From assembly GCA_964572175.1 (NCBI GenBank), contig CAZNEH010000002.1:1406-65405 (forward strand): 64,000 bases of DNA. Reading direction: 5' to 3'. The stretch's first letter is position 1. Each line of letters begins with the position of its first letter. Source of the DNA: an uncultured Gammaproteobacteria bacterium (GTDB lineage Bacteria > Patescibacteriota > Patescibacteriia > UBA9570 > CAZNEH01). A model generated the notes under the pieces. It had not been told where the DNA came from. It did no database searches and was given only the letters and a program-made list of their open reading frames with translations. Of the stretch, positions 18,826 through 31,936 are shown piece after piece. A program made the position numbers and the translations under genes.

Positions 18826-21800
18826 ATGGCATACAATCAAAACGAACAACCAACCCAAGAGTTCGAAGCTATTCGTTTAAAACTAGCTTCTCCAGATGAA
18901 ATTCATGAATGGTCTTTTGGCGAAATTACTCGTCCTGAAACCATTAATTATCGAACTCAAAAACCAGAAAAAGACGGTTTATTCTGTGAAAAGATTTTTG
19001 GTCCCTCAAAAGATTGGGAATGTTATTGTGGAAAGTATAAAAGAATCCGTTACAAAGGAATTGTTTGTGATAAGTGTGGCGTAGAAGTTACTCGCTCTAT
19101 TGTTCGTCGTGAACGCATGGGTCATATCGAGCTAGCCGTTCCTGTCTCTCATATTTGGTTCTTACGCGGCGTTCCTTCTAAAGTTGGCTTAATGCTAGAT
19201 ATGTCTGTTCAAACTTTAGAAAAAGTTGTTTACTTTGCTAATTTTGTAATCACTGAAGTAAATGATGAATTAAAAGAACAAACTTTGAAACAAATTGACG
19301 ACGAAGCTGGACAAAAGAAAAACATGATTAAGGGAGAATTCTCTAACCAAGTTTCTAACTTAAAGCAGAAAAAACAACAAGCTTTACAAGCAGCTAAAAA
19401 TGATAAAAGTAAAGTAAAGGCTGAGTCTGAAGCAGAGCAAGAAATGATTAACTTAGCAGTAATGCGTGATGAACGTATTAAAGACTTAGAAGAAGCTGTT
19501 GATTTAGCTAAAAAAGAACTTAAAGACTTAAAGCCTTTACAAGTGATCTCTGAAAGCAAGTACCAAGACTTAGCTATTAAATATGGCCATGTTTTTGAAG
19601 CTTCTATTGGAGCTGAAGCAATTAAAGAGTTGTTAACTGCTATTGACCTTGAGGCTAAAATTAAAGAATTAGAAGAAGATATTACCACTGCTAGTAAGAA
19701 TCAAAAGAGTCGTTTAATTCGTCGTTTAAAATTATTCAAAAACTTAAAGAAAAACGATATTAAACCAGATTCAATGATCTTAACTGTTCTTCCTGTTATT
19801 CCTCCAGATCTTCGTCCTATGGTTCAGCTTGATGGTGGTCGTTTTGCTGCTTCTGACTTAAATGATTTATATCGTCGAGTAATTAATCGTAATAATCGTT
19901 TAAAACGCCTTAAAGACTTAAATGCTCCAGAAGTAATTCAACGTAACGAAAAAAGAATGCTTCAAGAAGCTGTTGATGCTTTAATCGACAATTCTGCTCG
20001 CCATGGTAAAACAGTTACTGCTTCTACTGGTCAAAAAAGAATGCTTAAATCTTTGGCCGACATGCTTAAGGGTAAACAAGGTCGTTTCCGACAAAACTTA
20101 CTTGGTAAACGTGTAGATTATTCTGGCCGTTCTGTAATTGTGGTTGGTCCTCATTTAAAGCTTCATCAATGTGGTCTGCCAAAGAAAATGGCCTTAGAGT
20201 TATTCAAACCGTTTGTTATTTCCAAGTTAATTGAACGCGAATATGTTTACAATGTTCGCTCTGCTAATAGATTTATCGAAAGTGGACGTCCTGAAATTTG
20301 GGACATTTTAGAAGAAATTATTGCCAAAGCGCATGTTCTTCTAAATCGTGCTCCTACCCTTCATCGTCTTGGTATCCAAGCTTTCCAACCTATCTTAATT
20401 GAAGGTAAGGCGATTCAAGTTCATCCTCTAGTTTGTCCAGCTTTTAACGCTGACTTTGATGGTGACCAAATGGCCGTTCATGTTCCTTTAACTGAGGCGG
20501 CTAAAAAAGAGGCAGCTGAGCTAATGCTTTCTTCAAAGAACTTATTGAAACCCGCTACTGGTGAGCCTGTGGTAACTCCTTCTCAAGATATTGTTTTAGG
20601 ATCTTACTACATGACTCAATTTGAAGAAGATAATAAAAAAGATAAGGAATTACAAGCTTTCTCTTCCACAGAAGAAGCTTTAATGAGTTATCGATTAGAG
20701 AATATCAGTCTTCGTCAAAGAATTAAGATCAGAATTAAGAAGAAGTTAATCATTTCTTCAGTTGGTCGAATTATTTTCAACCAAATTGTTCCAGAAGATC
20801 AATGGTTTGTTAATGATTTAGTTGGTAAAAAAGAATTAAAGAAAATTATTGCCATTTGTTTCTCTACTCAGGGACAAGACAGAACAGTTCAGCTTTTAGA
20901 TGACGTTAAAGATCTTTGTATTAAATACGTTACTAAATCTGGTCTAAGCTGGGGTATGAGCGATACTAGTGTTCCTGAATATAAAAACAAAGCTATTAAT
21001 AAAGCCAGTGCTAAAGTTGAAGATATTCAAGGTCAATACGAAATGGGTCTTTTAACAGATGAGGAGCGTCGAGCTCGAGCCATTGAAATTTGGACTCAAG
21101 TTAAAAATGATATCACTGAACATATTGAAGAAGGCCTAGACAAGAAAAGCTCTACTTTTCAAATGATCGACTCTGGAGCTCGTGGTTCCTGGGGTCAGTT
21201 AACCCAGGTTATGGGAATGAAGGGGTTAGTGATTAACCCGGCTGGTGACACCATGGAACTTCCAGTTAAAACTTGTTTTAGAGAAGGTCTTGATGTACTA
21301 GAATACTTTATTTCTACTCATGGTACTCGTAAAGGTTTATCAGATACAGCGCTTCGTACAGCTAGTGCTGGTTACTTAACTCGTCGTTTAGTAGACGTTG
21401 CTCAAGATGTGGTTGTAGCTGAAGAAGATTGTGGAACCAAAGAAGGATTAGTCTTAACCAAAAAAGAAAGTGAAGAAATGGGAGAAAATCTGGCTGAGAG
21501 AGTTTGGGGTAGAACATTATCAGAAGACGTTGTTAACCCTAAGACTAAAAAAGTAGTTCTTAAAACTGGAGAAGTAGTTGATCAAGAAAAAATGGAAGCT
21601 TTAAAAAAGCTTGATCTTGATGAAATTTCTATTCGTTCAGTAATGACTTGTCATACTAATCGTGGAACTTGTCAAAAGTGCTATGGCTTTGATCTTGGTT
21701 ATAATGAAATGGTTAAGATAGGAACCGCGGCTGGTATTATTGCTGCTCAAAGTATTGGTGAGCCTGGTACTCAGCTTACTATGAGAACTTTCCATACTGG

Positions 21801-22689
21801 TGGTGTGGCTGGAAAAGATATTACCCAAGGTTTACCTAGAGTTGAAGAGTTATTTGAAGCTCGAGGTATTAAGCGCTCCGCTGTTTTATCTGATTTAGAA
21901 GGTAAGGTAGACGAAATAGTTGAAAATAATAAGCAAAAAACAGTTCGCTTACGTCATGTTGCTGACATGGAGACAACTTATAAGATTAATAGTAAGTTTG
22001 AAGTAAAAGTTAAAGATACTTCTGCGGTTAAGCAAGGCGACATCCTCTTTACTGATAAAGACGGACAAGATATGCCTGCTAACTGCGATGGGATTATTAC
22101 TTTAACCAAAAAAGAAGTTGTTCTTAAAGGACAAAAAGAGCAAATCGAGGAATATTTAATTCCAGTTGGTTTCTCTTTATGGGTTAAAGAGGGTGATGCC
22201 ATTAAAAAAGGTGATCAGCTTTGTGAAGGAAGTATTAATCTAGCTGAATTATATGAACACAAAGGTAAAGACGCTGTTCAAAAATATATTCTTAAAGAAA
22301 TTCAATACATCTACTCTTCTCAAGGTCAAAAACTTAACGATAAACACGTTGAGGTTATTATCCGCCAAATGTTTTCTCGTCATTTAATTACCGAGTCTGG
22401 AGATACAGAATTCTCTGATGGTGAGTTAATTACTTCTGATCAACTTAGAGAGGCTAATACCGGTGTTAAAACAAAGGCTGAGACTGATAATGTCCTCTTG
22501 GGAATTACTAAAGCATCTCTTTCTACTGATAGTTTCTTATCTGCCGCTTCTTTCCAAGAAACAGCTCGCGTCTTAATCGACGCTGCGGTTACTGGAAAGG
22601 TCGATAAGCTTAGAGGCTTAAAAGAAAACGTAATTATTGGTAAAATGATTCCAGTTGGTAAAGGCTTTGATCCTGAAGATCGAAAATAA
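18826..22689 (+). CDS. rpoC: RNA polymerase beta' subunit
   Basis: [12 protein letters not shown] catalytic motif, Zn-finger CYCGKY...CDKC; ATG at 18826. Confidence 0.99.
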   Translation: MAYNQNEQPTQEFEAIRLKLASPDEIHEWSFGEITRPETINYRTQKPEKDGLFCEKIFGPSKDWECYCGKYKRIRYKGIVCDKCGVEVTRSIVRRERMGHIELAVPVSHIWFLRGVPSKVGLMLDMSVQTLEKVVYFANFVITEVNDELKEQTLKQIDDEAGQKKNMIKGEFSNQVSNLKQKKQQALQAAKNDKSKVKAESEAEQEMINLAVMRDERIKDLEEAVDLAKKELKDLKPLQVISESKYQDLAIKYGHVFEASIGAEAIKELLTAIDLEAKIKELEEDITTASKNQKSRLIRRLKLFKNLKKNDIKPDSMILTVLPVIPPDLRPMVQLDGGRFAASDLNDLYRRVINRNNRLKRLKDLNAPEVIQRNEKRMLQEAVDALIDNSARHGKTVTASTGQKRMLKSLADMLKGKQGRFRQNLLGKRVDYSGRSVIVVGPHLKLHQCGLPKKMALELFKPFVISKLIEREYVYNVRSANRFIESGRPEIWDILEEIIAKAHVLLNRAPTLHRLGIQAFQPILIEGKAIQVHPLVCPAFNADFDGDQMAVHVPLTEAAKKEAAELMLSSKNLLKPATGEPVVTPSQDIVLGSYYMTQFEEDNKKDKELQAFSSTEEALMSYRLENISLRQRIKIRIKKKLIISSVGRIIFNQIVPEDQWFVNDLVGKKELKKIIAICFSTQGQDRTVQLLDDVKDLCIKYVTKSGLSWGMSDTSVPEYKNKAINKASAKVEDIQGQYEMGLLTDEERRARAIEIWTQVKNDITEHIEEGLDKKSSTFQMIDSGARGSWGQLTQVMGMKGLVINPAGDTMELPVKTCFREGLDVLEYFISTHGTRKGLSDTALRTASAGYLTRRLVDVAQDVVVAEEDCGTKEGLVLTKKESEEMGENLAERVWGRTLSEDVVNPKTKKVVLKTGEVVDQEKMEALKKLDLDEISIRSVMTCHTNRGTCQKCYGFDLGYNEMVKIGTAAGIIAAQSIGEPGTQLTMRTFHTGGVAGKDITQGLPRVEELFEARGIKRSAVLSDLEGKVDEIVENNKQKTVRLRHVADMETTYKINSKFEVKVKDTSAVKQGDILFTDKDGQDMPANCDGIITLTKKEVVLKGQKEQIEEYLIPVGFSLWVKEGDAIKKGDQLCEGSINLAELYEHKGKDAVQKYILKEIQYIYSSQGQKLNDKHVEVIIRQMFSRHLITESGDTEFSDGELITSDQLREANTGVKTKAETDNVLLGITKASLSTDSFLSAASFQETARVLIDAAVTGKVDKLRGLKENVIIGKMIPVGKGFDPEDRK

Positions 22690-22695
22690 ATCAAG

Positions 22696-22723
22696 GGCGC
22701 GGTTATCAAACCGCGCCTTTTTT
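22696..22723 (+). terminator. rpoBC terminator
   Basis: GGCGCGGTT-ATCA-AACCGCGCC followed by T6. Confidence 0.85.
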
Positions 22724-22737
22724 GATATAATAATTCT

Positions 22738-24162
22738 ATGAAAAATATTATCCAAAATTTAACCTTAGAACAAGTTGATAAAATCAGCTATGGTCCTAAG
22801 CGTAAAAACCGCAGTCGGTATACAGAGTTAACCGACCAAGCCAAGACTATTTTAATTTACCAAGCTCCTTATGTCATTACTATGGACGAGCAAGATAAAT
22901 TAAAAATTTTACGCCATCATTCTATCTTTATAAAAAATAACAAGATAGAAAAGATAGTTAAGCTAAAAAATAAACCATCTAACGTCGATTTAATATACGA
23001 CGCTTCAGACAGGGGCGGAATAGTAGTTACCCCCGGCTTTGTTAATGCCCACGCCCATCCTCCTATGTATCTTCTTCGTTCCTCTACTATGTTAGAACGG
23101 GAAAGTGCTACTATCGAAGAATCTTTAGAGCGCGCTCAAGAGATAGAGCGAGCCATGAATACTGAAGACTTGTTTATTTCTGCTTTAGGTGACTTTACTG
23201 AGCAACAAAAAATGGGGACCACTACTATCTTAAGCCATTACCACACTCCCGCCGCTACTTCCAAGGCTGCCGAAACTTCTCATCTACGCTTAGTCGATGC
23301 TTTGAGTTGCGCTAGCTCTACAGATCCTAAGGCTAATCTTTCTCAAGCCATAAAACATTTAAAAAATAATAAAAATCCGCTAGTAAAAGTAGGGCTGACC
23401 ATGCATGGTGTTCATCGAGCTACCTGGCCGCTATTAAAGAGAGTAAAAGCAGCCATGGATAAACACCCGGAATTAATTCTAACTATCCATTGCGGAGAAA
23501 CTGAACAAGAAATAGAAAGCTGTAAACAAAAATTAGGCGTCCGCCCAGTTGAAGCTTTGCACCAGGCCGGGTTACTAAGTAAAAAATTAATTCTCTCTCA
23601 TGCCGTACACTTTACCGCTCAAGAAATTAAACTTCTAGGTAAGCATAGCGTTGGCTTAGTTCATTTGCCCACTTCTAACCGCATTCACAAGTCTGGAAAG
23701 TTTAAATATTATTTATATAACGCCTTTGACGCTGAAAAAAATATTGCCTTAGGCACTGATAGTGTTATTTCTAAGAACCGCTTAGATCTTTTAACTGAGG
23801 CTCTTCAAGCCAAGATCATGCACCAAGATTCAGAGTGCCCCCTTACTTACGCTCAGCTTTTTAAGATGATAACATCTCAAGGAGCTAAAGTTTTAGGGCT
23901 AAACAAAGTCGGCCGTATTTTACCAGGCTACCAAGCCGACATAGCTCTTTGGAAACTAAAAGACAGGGGATTTATTCCTTTTGATGAAAACAATCCTTCT
24001 ACTTTAATCGGAAATCTTATCACTCACGGTGGTAGAAACGTTAGAGATTTAATGATAAACGGTAAATTCGTAATCTCTAACCGGGTTCACAACTTAGTTA
24101 ATGAAAGTCAATTACTTATAGAACTAGAAAAAAGACATACAGAACTTAGAAAGAGAATTTAG
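22738..24162 (+). CDS. metal-dependent amidohydrolase (MTA/SAH/guanine deaminase-like)
   Basis: PGFVNAHAH, IHCGET, SHAVH, ALGTDS, G.ILPGYQADI. Confidence 0.85.
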   Translation: MKNIIQNLTLEQVDKISYGPKRKNRSRYTELTDQAKTILIYQAPYVITMDEQDKLKILRHHSIFIKNNKIEKIVKLKNKPSNVDLIYDASDRGGIVVTPGFVNAHAHPPMYLLRSSTMLERESATIEESLERAQEIERAMNTEDLFISALGDFTEQQKMGTTTILSHYHTPAATSKAAETSHLRLVDALSCASSTDPKANLSQAIKHLKNNKNPLVKVGLTMHGVHRATWPLLKRVKAAMDKHPELILTIHCGETEQEIESCKQKLGVRPVEALHQAGLLSKKLILSHAVHFTAQEIKLLGKHSVGLVHLPTSNRIHKSGKFKYYLYNAFDAEKNIALGTDSVISKNRLDLLTEALQAKIMHQDSECPLTYAQLFKMITSQGAKVLGLNKVGRILPGYQADIALWKLKDRGFIPFDENNPSTLIGNLITHGGRNVRDLMINGKFVISNRVHNLVNESQLLIELEKRHTELRKRI

Positions 24163-24223
24163 CCTTGCCTAAACTTAAAATTTATGCTATAATAAAGACA
24201 GAAATAAAAATTCTGTTTTTATT

Positions 24224-27200
24224 GTGAAACAAACAAAAAACAAAAAATTAGCCCATCTTCTTAGCATTATATCTATCGCTGTTATCAGTGTTTTTTTATT
24301 TAGTTCTAGCCCAGTTCAAGCCGCAGTAGTAACTTGGGAGGGAGATGAAAGCGCCTTATGGAGTGTTGGGGGTAATTGGAGTAATGGTAGTGGTGTAGGA
24401 GCCGGAGACATTGCTACTTTTGATGGTACTGGAAATACGGCTTGTACTATTGATGGCACAGCTAGTGTGGCTGGAATTGATATAAACTCAGGTTATACCA
24501 ATACTATTACTCAAGCTGCAGAATTAACGATTGGAAGTTCTCATTTCGACATTGCCTCCGGAACATTTACTGGTGCAACTCAAGATATTACTATAAGTGG
24601 GAACGTGGTTATTGCTGGGGGTATATTTAATAGTACCTCAGGAACAATTAGCTTTTCTGGAGACTGGACTCATACTGCTGGCGGAGAATGGAACGCGTTG
24701 ACAGGAACAGTAAAATTTACTGGTTACAGAGAAACTTTTAATTTTGATTATCCAACCATTGCCACCTCTGGGGTTTTTAATAATTTTACTTACGATAGTA
24801 CAAGTGACTCCGGTTCTTATGTGAGTTTATCAGGAGACACTTTATATATTAATGGTAATGCTCTTTTTTACGATGGCAGATGTTATAATGGTGCAGGCAT
24901 TCAAGTTCAAGGAGATGTTACTATAGGACCCTGGGATGGCTATGATACTACGGACGCTTCTTTAACTTTTTCTGGAACAGGAACTCAAACTTTTGATTTA
25001 ACTGGGTACACAGGTTCTTGGGATGCTCATACAATTATTGGAACTGGTTCAAATTCTCCAACAGTAAACTTAGCTTCAGATTTTATAATAAATAAAAGTA
25101 CCCAAGATTTAACCATTACTAATGGAAGTTTAAATATCGGAGCCTATGAATTAGAAGTGGTAGACGATACAAATATAGCCGGAGGAACCTTAAATGGTGA
25201 CACCGGGACCTTGGATTTGTATGATGTGATCATTACAGATGGAACCCTTAATGGAACGACCGGAGATTTTAATTTTTCCGGAGATTGGACTCATACTGCC
25301 GGCGGAATCTGGAATCACAATAATGGGTTAGTGACATTTGATGGTTATAGAGAGACTTTTAATTCCAATTATCCTACTATTTCTTCTTCTGGAGTTTTTT
25401 ATAATTTGACTATTAATAACTCAGGCGAAACTGGTGGTTATTTTTCTATCTCCACAGGAGATAGTATTTATGTTAATAATGACCTAAATTTTACTAATGG
25501 TAGATTTAATGTTGGTACATCAGTGGTTGTTCAGGGAGACGTTACAGTTGCCTCTACTTGGGATGGTTTTAACAATACAGATGCCGAATTAATTTTTGCT
25601 GGCTCTGATCCTCAAACTTTTGATCTTACTGGCGGTACCGGAACAATAAATTCAAACATTACTATTGGTACAGGATCTTCAACTCCAACTGTTAATTTAG
25701 TCTCAGACTTAATCATGAATTATGGCTCACAAGACTTAACCGTTCTTGCTGGCACTCTAAATGCATCAACTTACGAAATTGAAGTCATCGATGACTTAAC
25801 AGTCTCTGGTGGAGTTCTTAATGCTGCCTCTGCTAATTTAGACTTAGAAGATTTAATTATTACAGATGGAACTTTTAATGCACCCACTGGAACCATGTAT
25901 ATTTCTGGTAACTGGACCCACACTGCTGGTGGAGTGTTTAATAATAATAGTGGGACCGTTATGTGGGACGGTGCTGGTGCTCACACTTGGAATTTTGACA
26001 AAGCTTCATATGCTACTTCTGGTGTATTTAATAATGTTACATTTGATTGTAATGGCACGGGAACCGTATGTGGCGGAGGTTCTAATTATGTGAGCGTGTC
26101 AGCAGGAGACACTATATATCTAGATGGGGATTTAGAAATTCCTGATGGAAGAATACTTGGCTCAACATCAACTATTGAGGTTTCAGGAGATGTTACTATT
26201 GGAGCGAATTGTTATAGTTATGACACTAATGATGCTGATTTAGTTTTTGCAGGTTCATCACCACAAACATTTGATCTGACTGGTGCTGAGGCTTTATTTA
26301 ATTCTGATATATCAATAGGTACTGCAACTTCGACTCCTACAGTTAATTTGGTCTCTAATTTAACCATGGATCTTTGGGATCAAGATTTAGATATTATCGA
26401 AGGAACTTTAAATTTGAACGGATACGATATTGATTTAGATAATCAATCTGCTAATCATATTACCGTTGAAGATGGCGGAGTCTTTGCTTGGAAGGGAACA
26501 GAGACTCTAGCTCTTAATTCTGGAGACCCAATTTTAAATTCAGGAAGTACTGTCCAATATAACCCAACCACTGGAACAGTTAGTACTCAAGATTGGGGCT
26601 ATCATCATTTAGCAGTAGCCTCTACCGGAGGAGCAATTGTTCAACTTGGAACCACTGAAGCACTAGCCGGAGATTTAAGTATTGACTCTGGAACATTTTC
26701 TCTTAATGGCCAGTCCTTATCAGTGACTGGTACATTTAGTAACGATGGAGCCTTACGTTTAATTGGAACAGAAAGTCCATCCTTAACCAATGATACCGAC
26801 AGTGGAGCAATAGAATATATTGGAGACAATGATTCTGGAATAGATAGCTACACCTTAGGTTTTAGCTCTTATTATGGTCTAATTATTAATAGTAGCGATG
26901 GAGCTGATGATACTTTTCAACTAGCCAGTGACACAGATATTGATGGAAGCCTAACTAACACTGCTGGCACCTTGGATGTGACCACCAATAATTATCAAAT
27001 CAATGTCGCTGGTAATTGGGCTAATGGCGGAGGAACATTTAATCCTCGTTCCGGAGCTGTTGTTTTAGACGGTACCAGCCAAGCTATTTCTGGAACTAAT
27101 ACTTTTTATAAATTAACTAAACAAGTTGGCTCTGCAGATACTCTTACTTTACCAGCTAGTACCACTACTACTGTTTCCAATCTTTTAACTTTACAAGGAA

Positions 27201-30163
27201 ATTCTACAGATCAACGCTTATCTTTAGCTAGTTCTACTCCAGACACTCAATTTAATATTGATCCCCAAGGAGTTAGAATATTACACTATTTAAATGTTCA
27301 AGACAGTAACAACGCCAATGCCACTGAGGCAGATTGTAACAAAGGATGTTTAAGCTCAGATAATAATACCAACTGGAGCTTTTACGATATTTCTACTTAC
27401 ACCACTTCTTCTCAGGCTTGGCATTTTACAAGCTCTAGTGATTATACTTATAACTCTTCTTATATAGACATTGCCCTGGATGCTGGGGCTACTTATTCTC
27501 GTTTAAAGGATTTAGGCGGAGCAACTTATCAAGCTGCTAGCCTACCAGGGCTTAGTCATCGCAAACCAATTACTATTACTAATTCCGGATCGTCTTTAAC
27601 TGATCATCAAATTGAACTTTCAATAACTTACGATTTAGACATGCAGGCTGATTTTGATGATCTAAGATTTACCACTTCAGACGGACAAACAGAAATAGAC
27701 TATTGGATTCAAGATTATACCGCTTCTACATCAGCTACTATCTGGGTTGAAGTTCCAACTATCGCCGCCACCCCAACTGATACTACTATTTACATGCATT
27801 ATGGAAACGCAAGTACTTCCACAACTTCAAATATTGATAATACTTTTCTATTTGGAGACGATTTCGATGATGCCTCAGTAGATACAAATAAATGGACCAC
27901 TACCGGAATCTTAGAAGAAACCGGCGGGTCATTATTAATGAATGCTACCGAAGGTGTTTGGGCTACTAATTATATTGTTGAAGACGACTCTATTACTACT
28001 TTTCAAGCTTATATTGATGTTACTGGGACAAAGTCTAATCTAGGATATGTGGAAGAATCTCATCAATTCGAGGATGATTTAGATTCTGGTGAAAAAGGAT
28101 TTGACTTTGGATTCTGGACTTCCACAAGTTTATATTTTGAAAGAGGGGGAAGTACCTATGAAGAGAGCTCAGTAACTTATGGGACTGGCTGGAATGAATA
28201 TACTGCCACTTACCAAGAAGGAACTTCAATTAAATTTGAATACCCTAGTAGTTCTTTTACTGAAGACACCGCTACCTCTGTGGTCGCAGTTTCAGATGCT
28301 CCTCATTTACAAATTTATTCTTTTGATCGAGTTGATTTTAGAGCAGACTATGTATTTGTTAGAAAATATACCTCTAATACTGTGGGCGCATCTTTGGGTT
28401 CAGAAGAAGAAGTTAGTTACGATAATGTACAAATTATTCCTGTTTCAGTTCCAGCCTACGCCAATATAATTTCTTTTACAGAAACTCTAGGAGCCGCTAA
28501 TGCTGGTAGCGTGGCCTATCAACTATCTAAGAATGGAACTAATTGGTACTATCATAATGATTCCTCTTGGACTGCGGTGTCTGTTGATTCTGTGCACAAT
28601 AATACAGCTACAGAAGTAGATAATTTAATCACAAACTTCACCACAGATGTAGGTACAGGAGATTTATATTTTAAAGCTTTCTTAATCTCAAGTGGATCAC
28701 AAAAAGTTGAACTAGATGCCATAACGTTAACTTATAACGCTGTTCCTCAGGAGCCAACTAGTCTATCTCCTTCAACCACTGACATAGCTTTATCAGGTAC
28801 AGCTTCGGCTACTATTAGCGACATGATGGGATCTCACCAGTCCACTTCTTGGAAAATGCAAACTGGTTCAGATTGTTCTGTAGACTCAGGTGTAGCCTTT
28901 TCCTCCTTGGTAGATTCTACTAACAAAACATCTATTACTTATTCAGGTTTAGACTTTAGCACTTCTTATTACTTATGTGTTGCCAATCATAACGAAGGCG
29001 GCCAAGGAGATTGGCAGTCACAGTCATTTACTACTGTAGCTAATCAAGCTCCAACTGCTAGCGCTGGTACAGATATTACTATCTCAGAAGATGATGAATC
29101 TACGGCCCTAGATGGAACTAGCTCTTCAGACCCAGAAAGCCAGGCCTTAACTTATACTTGGTTAGAAACAGTTGACGCCTCAGATGGATGTTCTTTATCT
29201 AGTCCTAGTAGCTCTACTCCAACTGTTACTGTTTTAAATAAAGACACCAGTTTTAATTGTACCTTTTCTTTAGAAGTAGAAGACACTCAAGGTGCTACTT
29301 CTACGGATACAGTTAATCTTTATATCACTGCCGACAACGACGCTCCAGCTTTTGGATCAATTGCCTCTACTCAAAATATAGATGAAGAATCAGTTTTACT
29401 TATTTCCTTTACCTCTTCAGATCCAGATACTTCCTCTTTGACTCTTTCAGCCTCTAATCTTCCAACAGGTTCCACTTTTACAGACAACCTAAATAACACA
29501 GGAACATTTAATTGGTCTCCAGATGGAACGCAGTCTGGAATTTATACTGTTACCTTCCAATTAACTGATGGTGAAAATACTACCACTCAAACCGTAACCA
29601 TCACAGTTAATGATACTGTTCAAGAAGAGGGGGAGGGTGACGAAGAAGAGGAGGAAGAACCAGTTAACACTATCGAAGACATTGGTCTAGTCTCAGGTAC
29701 AGACTCAGGCCCAGGCATTGTCACTCTTTATGGTAATGACAACGAAGAACTATGTTCAGTCCAAGCTTGGAATGAAGGTGGAGCAGTTCCATTTAGAGTC
29801 CGCTTCTTAGACACTAACTATATTGCTGTAGTAAAAAATAAAACAGGTACCACTATCCATCTTTACGATCTAAATTGTAATATTATTGAGAAAAAAAGAT
29901 TATCCCCTAAACTACATCCTCGTAACATTGTCACTAGAAACTTCTTAGGTAAAACTACTTCTCAAGAAATAGGTTTAACCTCACGAAGAGGAAGCACAGT
30001 ATATGGTAAGATCTTCAGATATAATCCAAACAAAGACAAGTGGTACTTACTAAGACAAAAAACATTTAGACCAGTTCCAACTGGATACAACCTAAAGAAA
30101 ACTAAAAAGGGAAATATTCTTCTTAAGAAAAACAACAAAACTCTCCACAAGTGGGAAATCTAG
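24224..30163 (+). CDS. giant secreted/surface protein, paralog 2 (beta-helix-like repeats, DUF2341-like, PKD/Ig-like domains, shared C-terminus)
   Basis: 1979 aa, signal peptide, repeated GDWTHTAGG units, [15 protein letters not shown] (DUF2341-like), APTASAG (PKD-like). Confidence 0.85.
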   Translation: MKQTKNKKLAHLLSIISIAVISVFLFSSSPVQAAVVTWEGDESALWSVGGNWSNGSGVGAGDIATFDGTGNTACTIDGTASVAGIDINSGYTNTITQAAELTIGSSHFDIASGTFTGATQDITISGNVVIAGGIFNSTSGTISFSGDWTHTAGGEWNALTGTVKFTGYRETFNFDYPTIATSGVFNNFTYDSTSDSGSYVSLSGDTLYINGNALFYDGRCYNGAGIQVQGDVTIGPWDGYDTTDASLTFSGTGTQTFDLTGYTGSWDAHTIIGTGSNSPTVNLASDFIINKSTQDLTITNGSLNIGAYELEVVDDTNIAGGTLNGDTGTLDLYDVIITDGTLNGTTGDFNFSGDWTHTAGGIWNHNNGLVTFDGYRETFNSNYPTISSSGVFYNLTINNSGETGGYFSISTGDSIYVNNDLNFTNGRFNVGTSVVVQGDVTVASTWDGFNNTDAELIFAGSDPQTFDLTGGTGTINSNITIGTGSSTPTVNLVSDLIMNYGSQDLTVLAGTLNASTYEIEVIDDLTVSGGVLNAASANLDLEDLIITDGTFNAPTGTMYISGNWTHTAGGVFNNNSGTVMWDGAGAHTWNFDKASYATSGVFNNVTFDCNGTGTVCGGGSNYVSVSAGDTIYLDGDLEIPDGRILGSTSTIEVSGDVTIGANCYSYDTNDADLVFAGSSPQTFDLTGAEALFNSDISIGTATSTPTVNLVSNLTMDLWDQDLDIIEGTLNLNGYDIDLDNQSANHITVEDGGVFAWKGTETLALNSGDPILNSGSTVQYNPTTGTVSTQDWGYHHLAVASTGGAIVQLGTTEALAGDLSIDSGTFSLNGQSLSVTGTFSNDGALRLIGTESPSLTNDTDSGAIEYIGDNDSGIDSYTLGFSSYYGLIINSSDGADDTFQLASDTDIDGSLTNTAGTLDVTTNNYQINVAGNWANGGGTFNPRSGAVVLDGTSQAISGTNTFYKLTKQVGSADTLTLPASTTTTVSNLLTLQGNSTDQRLSLASSTPDTQFNIDPQGVRILHYLNVQDSNNANATEADCNKGCLSSDNNTNWSFYDISTYTTSSQAWHFTSSSDYTYNSSYIDIALDAGATYSRLKDLGGATYQAASLPGLSHRKPITITNSGSSLTDHQIELSITYDLDMQADFDDLRFTTSDGQTEIDYWIQDYTASTSATIWVEVPTIAATPTDTTIYMHYGNASTSTTSNIDNTFLFGDDFDDASVDTNKWTTTGILEETGGSLLMNATEGVWATNYIVEDDSITTFQAYIDVTGTKSNLGYVEESHQFEDDLDSGEKGFDFGFWTSTSLYFERGGSTYEESSVTYGTGWNEYTATYQEGTSIKFEYPSSSFTEDTATSVVAVSDAPHLQIYSFDRVDFRADYVFVRKYTSNTVGASLGSEEEVSYDNVQIIPVSVPAYANIISFTETLGAANAGSVAYQLSKNGTNWYYHNDSSWTAVSVDSVHNNTATEVDNLITNFTTDVGTGDLYFKAFLISSGSQKVELDAITLTYNAVPQEPTSLSPSTTDIALSGTASATISDMMGSHQSTSWKMQTGSDCSVDSGVAFSSLVDSTNKTSITYSGLDFSTSYYLCVANHNEGGQGDWQSQSFTTVANQAPTASAGTDITISEDDESTALDGTSSSDPESQALTYTWLETVDASDGCSLSSPSSSTPTVTVLNKDTSFNCTFSLEVEDTQGATSTDTVNLYITADNDAPAFGSIASTQNIDEESVLLISFTSSDPDTSSLTLSASNLPTGSTFTDNLNNTGTFNWSPDGTQSGIYTVTFQLTDGENTTTQTVTITVNDTVQEEGEGDEEEEEEPVNTIEDIGLVSGTDSGPGIVTLYGNDNEELCSVQAWNEGGAVPFRVRFLDTNYIAVVKNKTGTTIHLYDLNCNIIEKKRLSPKLHPRNIVTRNFLGKTTSQEIGLTSRRGSTVYGKIFRYNPNKDKWYLLRQKTFRPVPTGYNLKKTKKGNILLKKNNKTLHKWEI
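29645..30163 (+). repeat. shared 3' module of the giant surface proteins, copy 2
   Basis: [13 protein letters not shown]...TLHKWEI, near-identical at DNA level to the other two copies. Confidence 0.93.
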
Positions 30164-31227
30164 TAGTTCGGGGCAGCCTGAATATCTACTAAATCATGCG
30201 GATGGCTTTCACGAAGCCCAGCATTTGTTATGCGAACAAACTCTGATTTTTTCCAGAGCTCGCTAATATTTTTTGCACCACAATATCCCATTCCAGATCG
30301 AAGCCCACCTACTAACTGATACACCACTTCATCCACTGATCCCTTATAAGGGACCTTGCCAACAATGCCCTCAGGAACAAGTTTTTTATCTTCTTTAATA
30401 CTTCCTTGTAAATATCGATCTTTACTACCAGCTTTCATGGCCTCTAAAGACCCCATTCCTCGATAAACTTTAAATTTTTTCTTTTTCTTATCAAGTACTA
30501 CTTCACCCGGTGCTTCCCATGTTCCAGCTAAGATTCCACCCATCATTACTAGGCTGGCTCCGGCGGCCAAAGCTTTGACAATATCACCAGAGTGCTTAAT
30601 CCCTCCATCAGCAATGATCGGAGTTTTTGTTTTCAGAGCCGCCTTAGCACATTCTTCAATCGCCGTAATCTGAGGCACGCCCACCCCAGCAATCACCCTA
30701 GTTGTACAAATAGATCCAGGTCCGATCCCTACCTTCACTGCGTCGGCTCCAGCCTTGATTAAATCTCTAGTGGCCGCAGCCGTGGCTACGTTGCCAGCAA
30801 TAACTGGAATACCTTTAAATTCTTTTTTAATCATTTTAACTGTGCTCATTACTCCTTCTGAATGTCCATGGGCTGAATCCACTACTAAAATATCTACCCT
30901 GGCCTTAACTAATTCCTCTACTCTCTTTAAGGTGTCAGTTCCTACTCCAACCGCGGCTCCGACTAAAGCTTTCTGTTGTTTAGCTTTTTTTACTTCCTTA
31001 GCTTGGTCTTTAATAGATAAATTTTTATGAATAATTCCCAGTCCGCCTTCTCTATCCATGGCAATGGCCATCTTGCCTTCAGTAACCGTGTCCATGGGCG
31101 CAGAAATCATTGGTATCTCTAACTCGATTTTTTTTGTTAATTTAAATCTAGTGTTTACTTGCCGCGGCAACACATTAGATTTTTGCGGAACCAATAAAAC
31201 GTCATCAAATGTTAAAGCTTCTTTCAT
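30160..31227 (-). CDS. guaB: IMP dehydrogenase (no CBS domains)
   Basis: [34 protein letters not shown]. Confidence 0.95.
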   Translation of the reverse strand: MKEALTFDDVLLVPQKSNVLPRQVNTRFKLTKKIELEIPMISAPMDTVTEGKMAIAMDREGGLGIIHKNLSIKDQAKEVKKAKQQKALVGAAVGVGTDTLKRVEELVKARVDILVVDSAHGHSEGVMSTVKMIKKEFKGIPVIAGNVATAAATRDLIKAGADAVKVGIGPGSICTTRVIAGVGVPQITAIEECAKAALKTKTPIIADGGIKHSGDIVKALAAGASLVMMGGILAGTWEAPGEVVLDKKKKKFKVYRGMGSLEAMKAGSKDRYLQGSIKEDKKLVPEGIVGKVPYKGSVDEVVYQLVGGLRSGMGYCGAKNISELWKKSEFVRITNAGLRESHPHDLVDIQAAPNY

Positions 31228-31283
31228 ATATTTGGTAAATAGTTAATGGTTTATGGTTTGTAGTTTATCACATTAAAATAAAT

Positions 31284-31317
31284 AAAAAAAGAGGGAACTC
31301 GGGTAAGTGATTCCCTC
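31284..31317 (-). terminator. terminator of GC-rich gene 3
   Basis: mRNA GAGGGAA-UCACUUACCCGAG-UUCCCUC followed by U7. Confidence 0.8.
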
Positions 31318-31838
31318 TAGGTGTTGATGAGGTGGTCCAGAAAGGCTTCGAATGCCGCCGGGTCTCGGTCCGCGTAGAGCGTCTGCTCTCCGTGGACAAA
31401 GGACAGGTGCGGAATTTCCAGTAGCTTCTGGGCCAGGTTCTCGCGGGTCAGGACTTGGGCTTCTCCCCAGACCCCTTCCGCCAGGTAGTTCTCGTGGGTG
31501 ACATTCGGAGCCGCTGCTTGAACTTCCATCCCTCCGAGGTCTTGCTTCAGGCGGGCCAGTTCAGCGTTGTACTCCATCTCGAAGGCCACGCCAGGGTTGC
31601 GTCCTTGCAGAAGGACTTGGTCTCCGTTGAACGTCACCTTGTACTTGGGTACGACCATCAGAGCGCACTGCAGACCCATGCCCTTGGCCAGGTCTTGGCA
31701 GTCCTTAGGGTCTCGTCGGCACTCGGAAGAGCACCGGTTGTTGCAGCCAGGGTCAGGATCCTTGAACACGCCAGTCATCTCGTTTCCGATCCGACCGGCT
31801 TGGTTGAGGAAGTAGACCGTGCAGATAAAAAGTTGCAT
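31317..31838 (-). CDS. GC-rich gene 3: hypothetical protein with a Cys cluster (CNNRCSSEC...C)
   Basis: 173 aa, C/G-ending codons on the minus strand, own promoter, SD and terminator; sits between divergent guaB and guaA. Confidence 0.7.
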   Translation of the reverse strand: MQLFICTVYFLNQAGRIGNEMTGVFKDPDPGCNNRCSSECRRDPKDCQDLAKGMGLQCALMVVPKYKVTFNGDQVLLQGRNPGVAFEMEYNAELARLKQDLGGMEVQAAAPNVTHENYLAEGVWGEAQVLTRENLAQKLLEIPHLSFVHGEQTLYADRDPAAFEAFLDHLINT

Positions 31839-31879
31839 GTTTCCCCCTTCGGGGGAGTCACTTACCCGAGTCTTAAGAA

Positions 31880-31908
31880 AGGTTAGTTTATTTTTGCTAA
31901 TTTGTCAA
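31880..31908 (-). promoter_or_regulatory. promoter of GC-rich gene 3
   Basis: TTGACA-17-TAACCT on the minus strand. Confidence 0.65.
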
Positions 31909-31936
31909 TACATAGAAAATATAATACAATGGTTGT

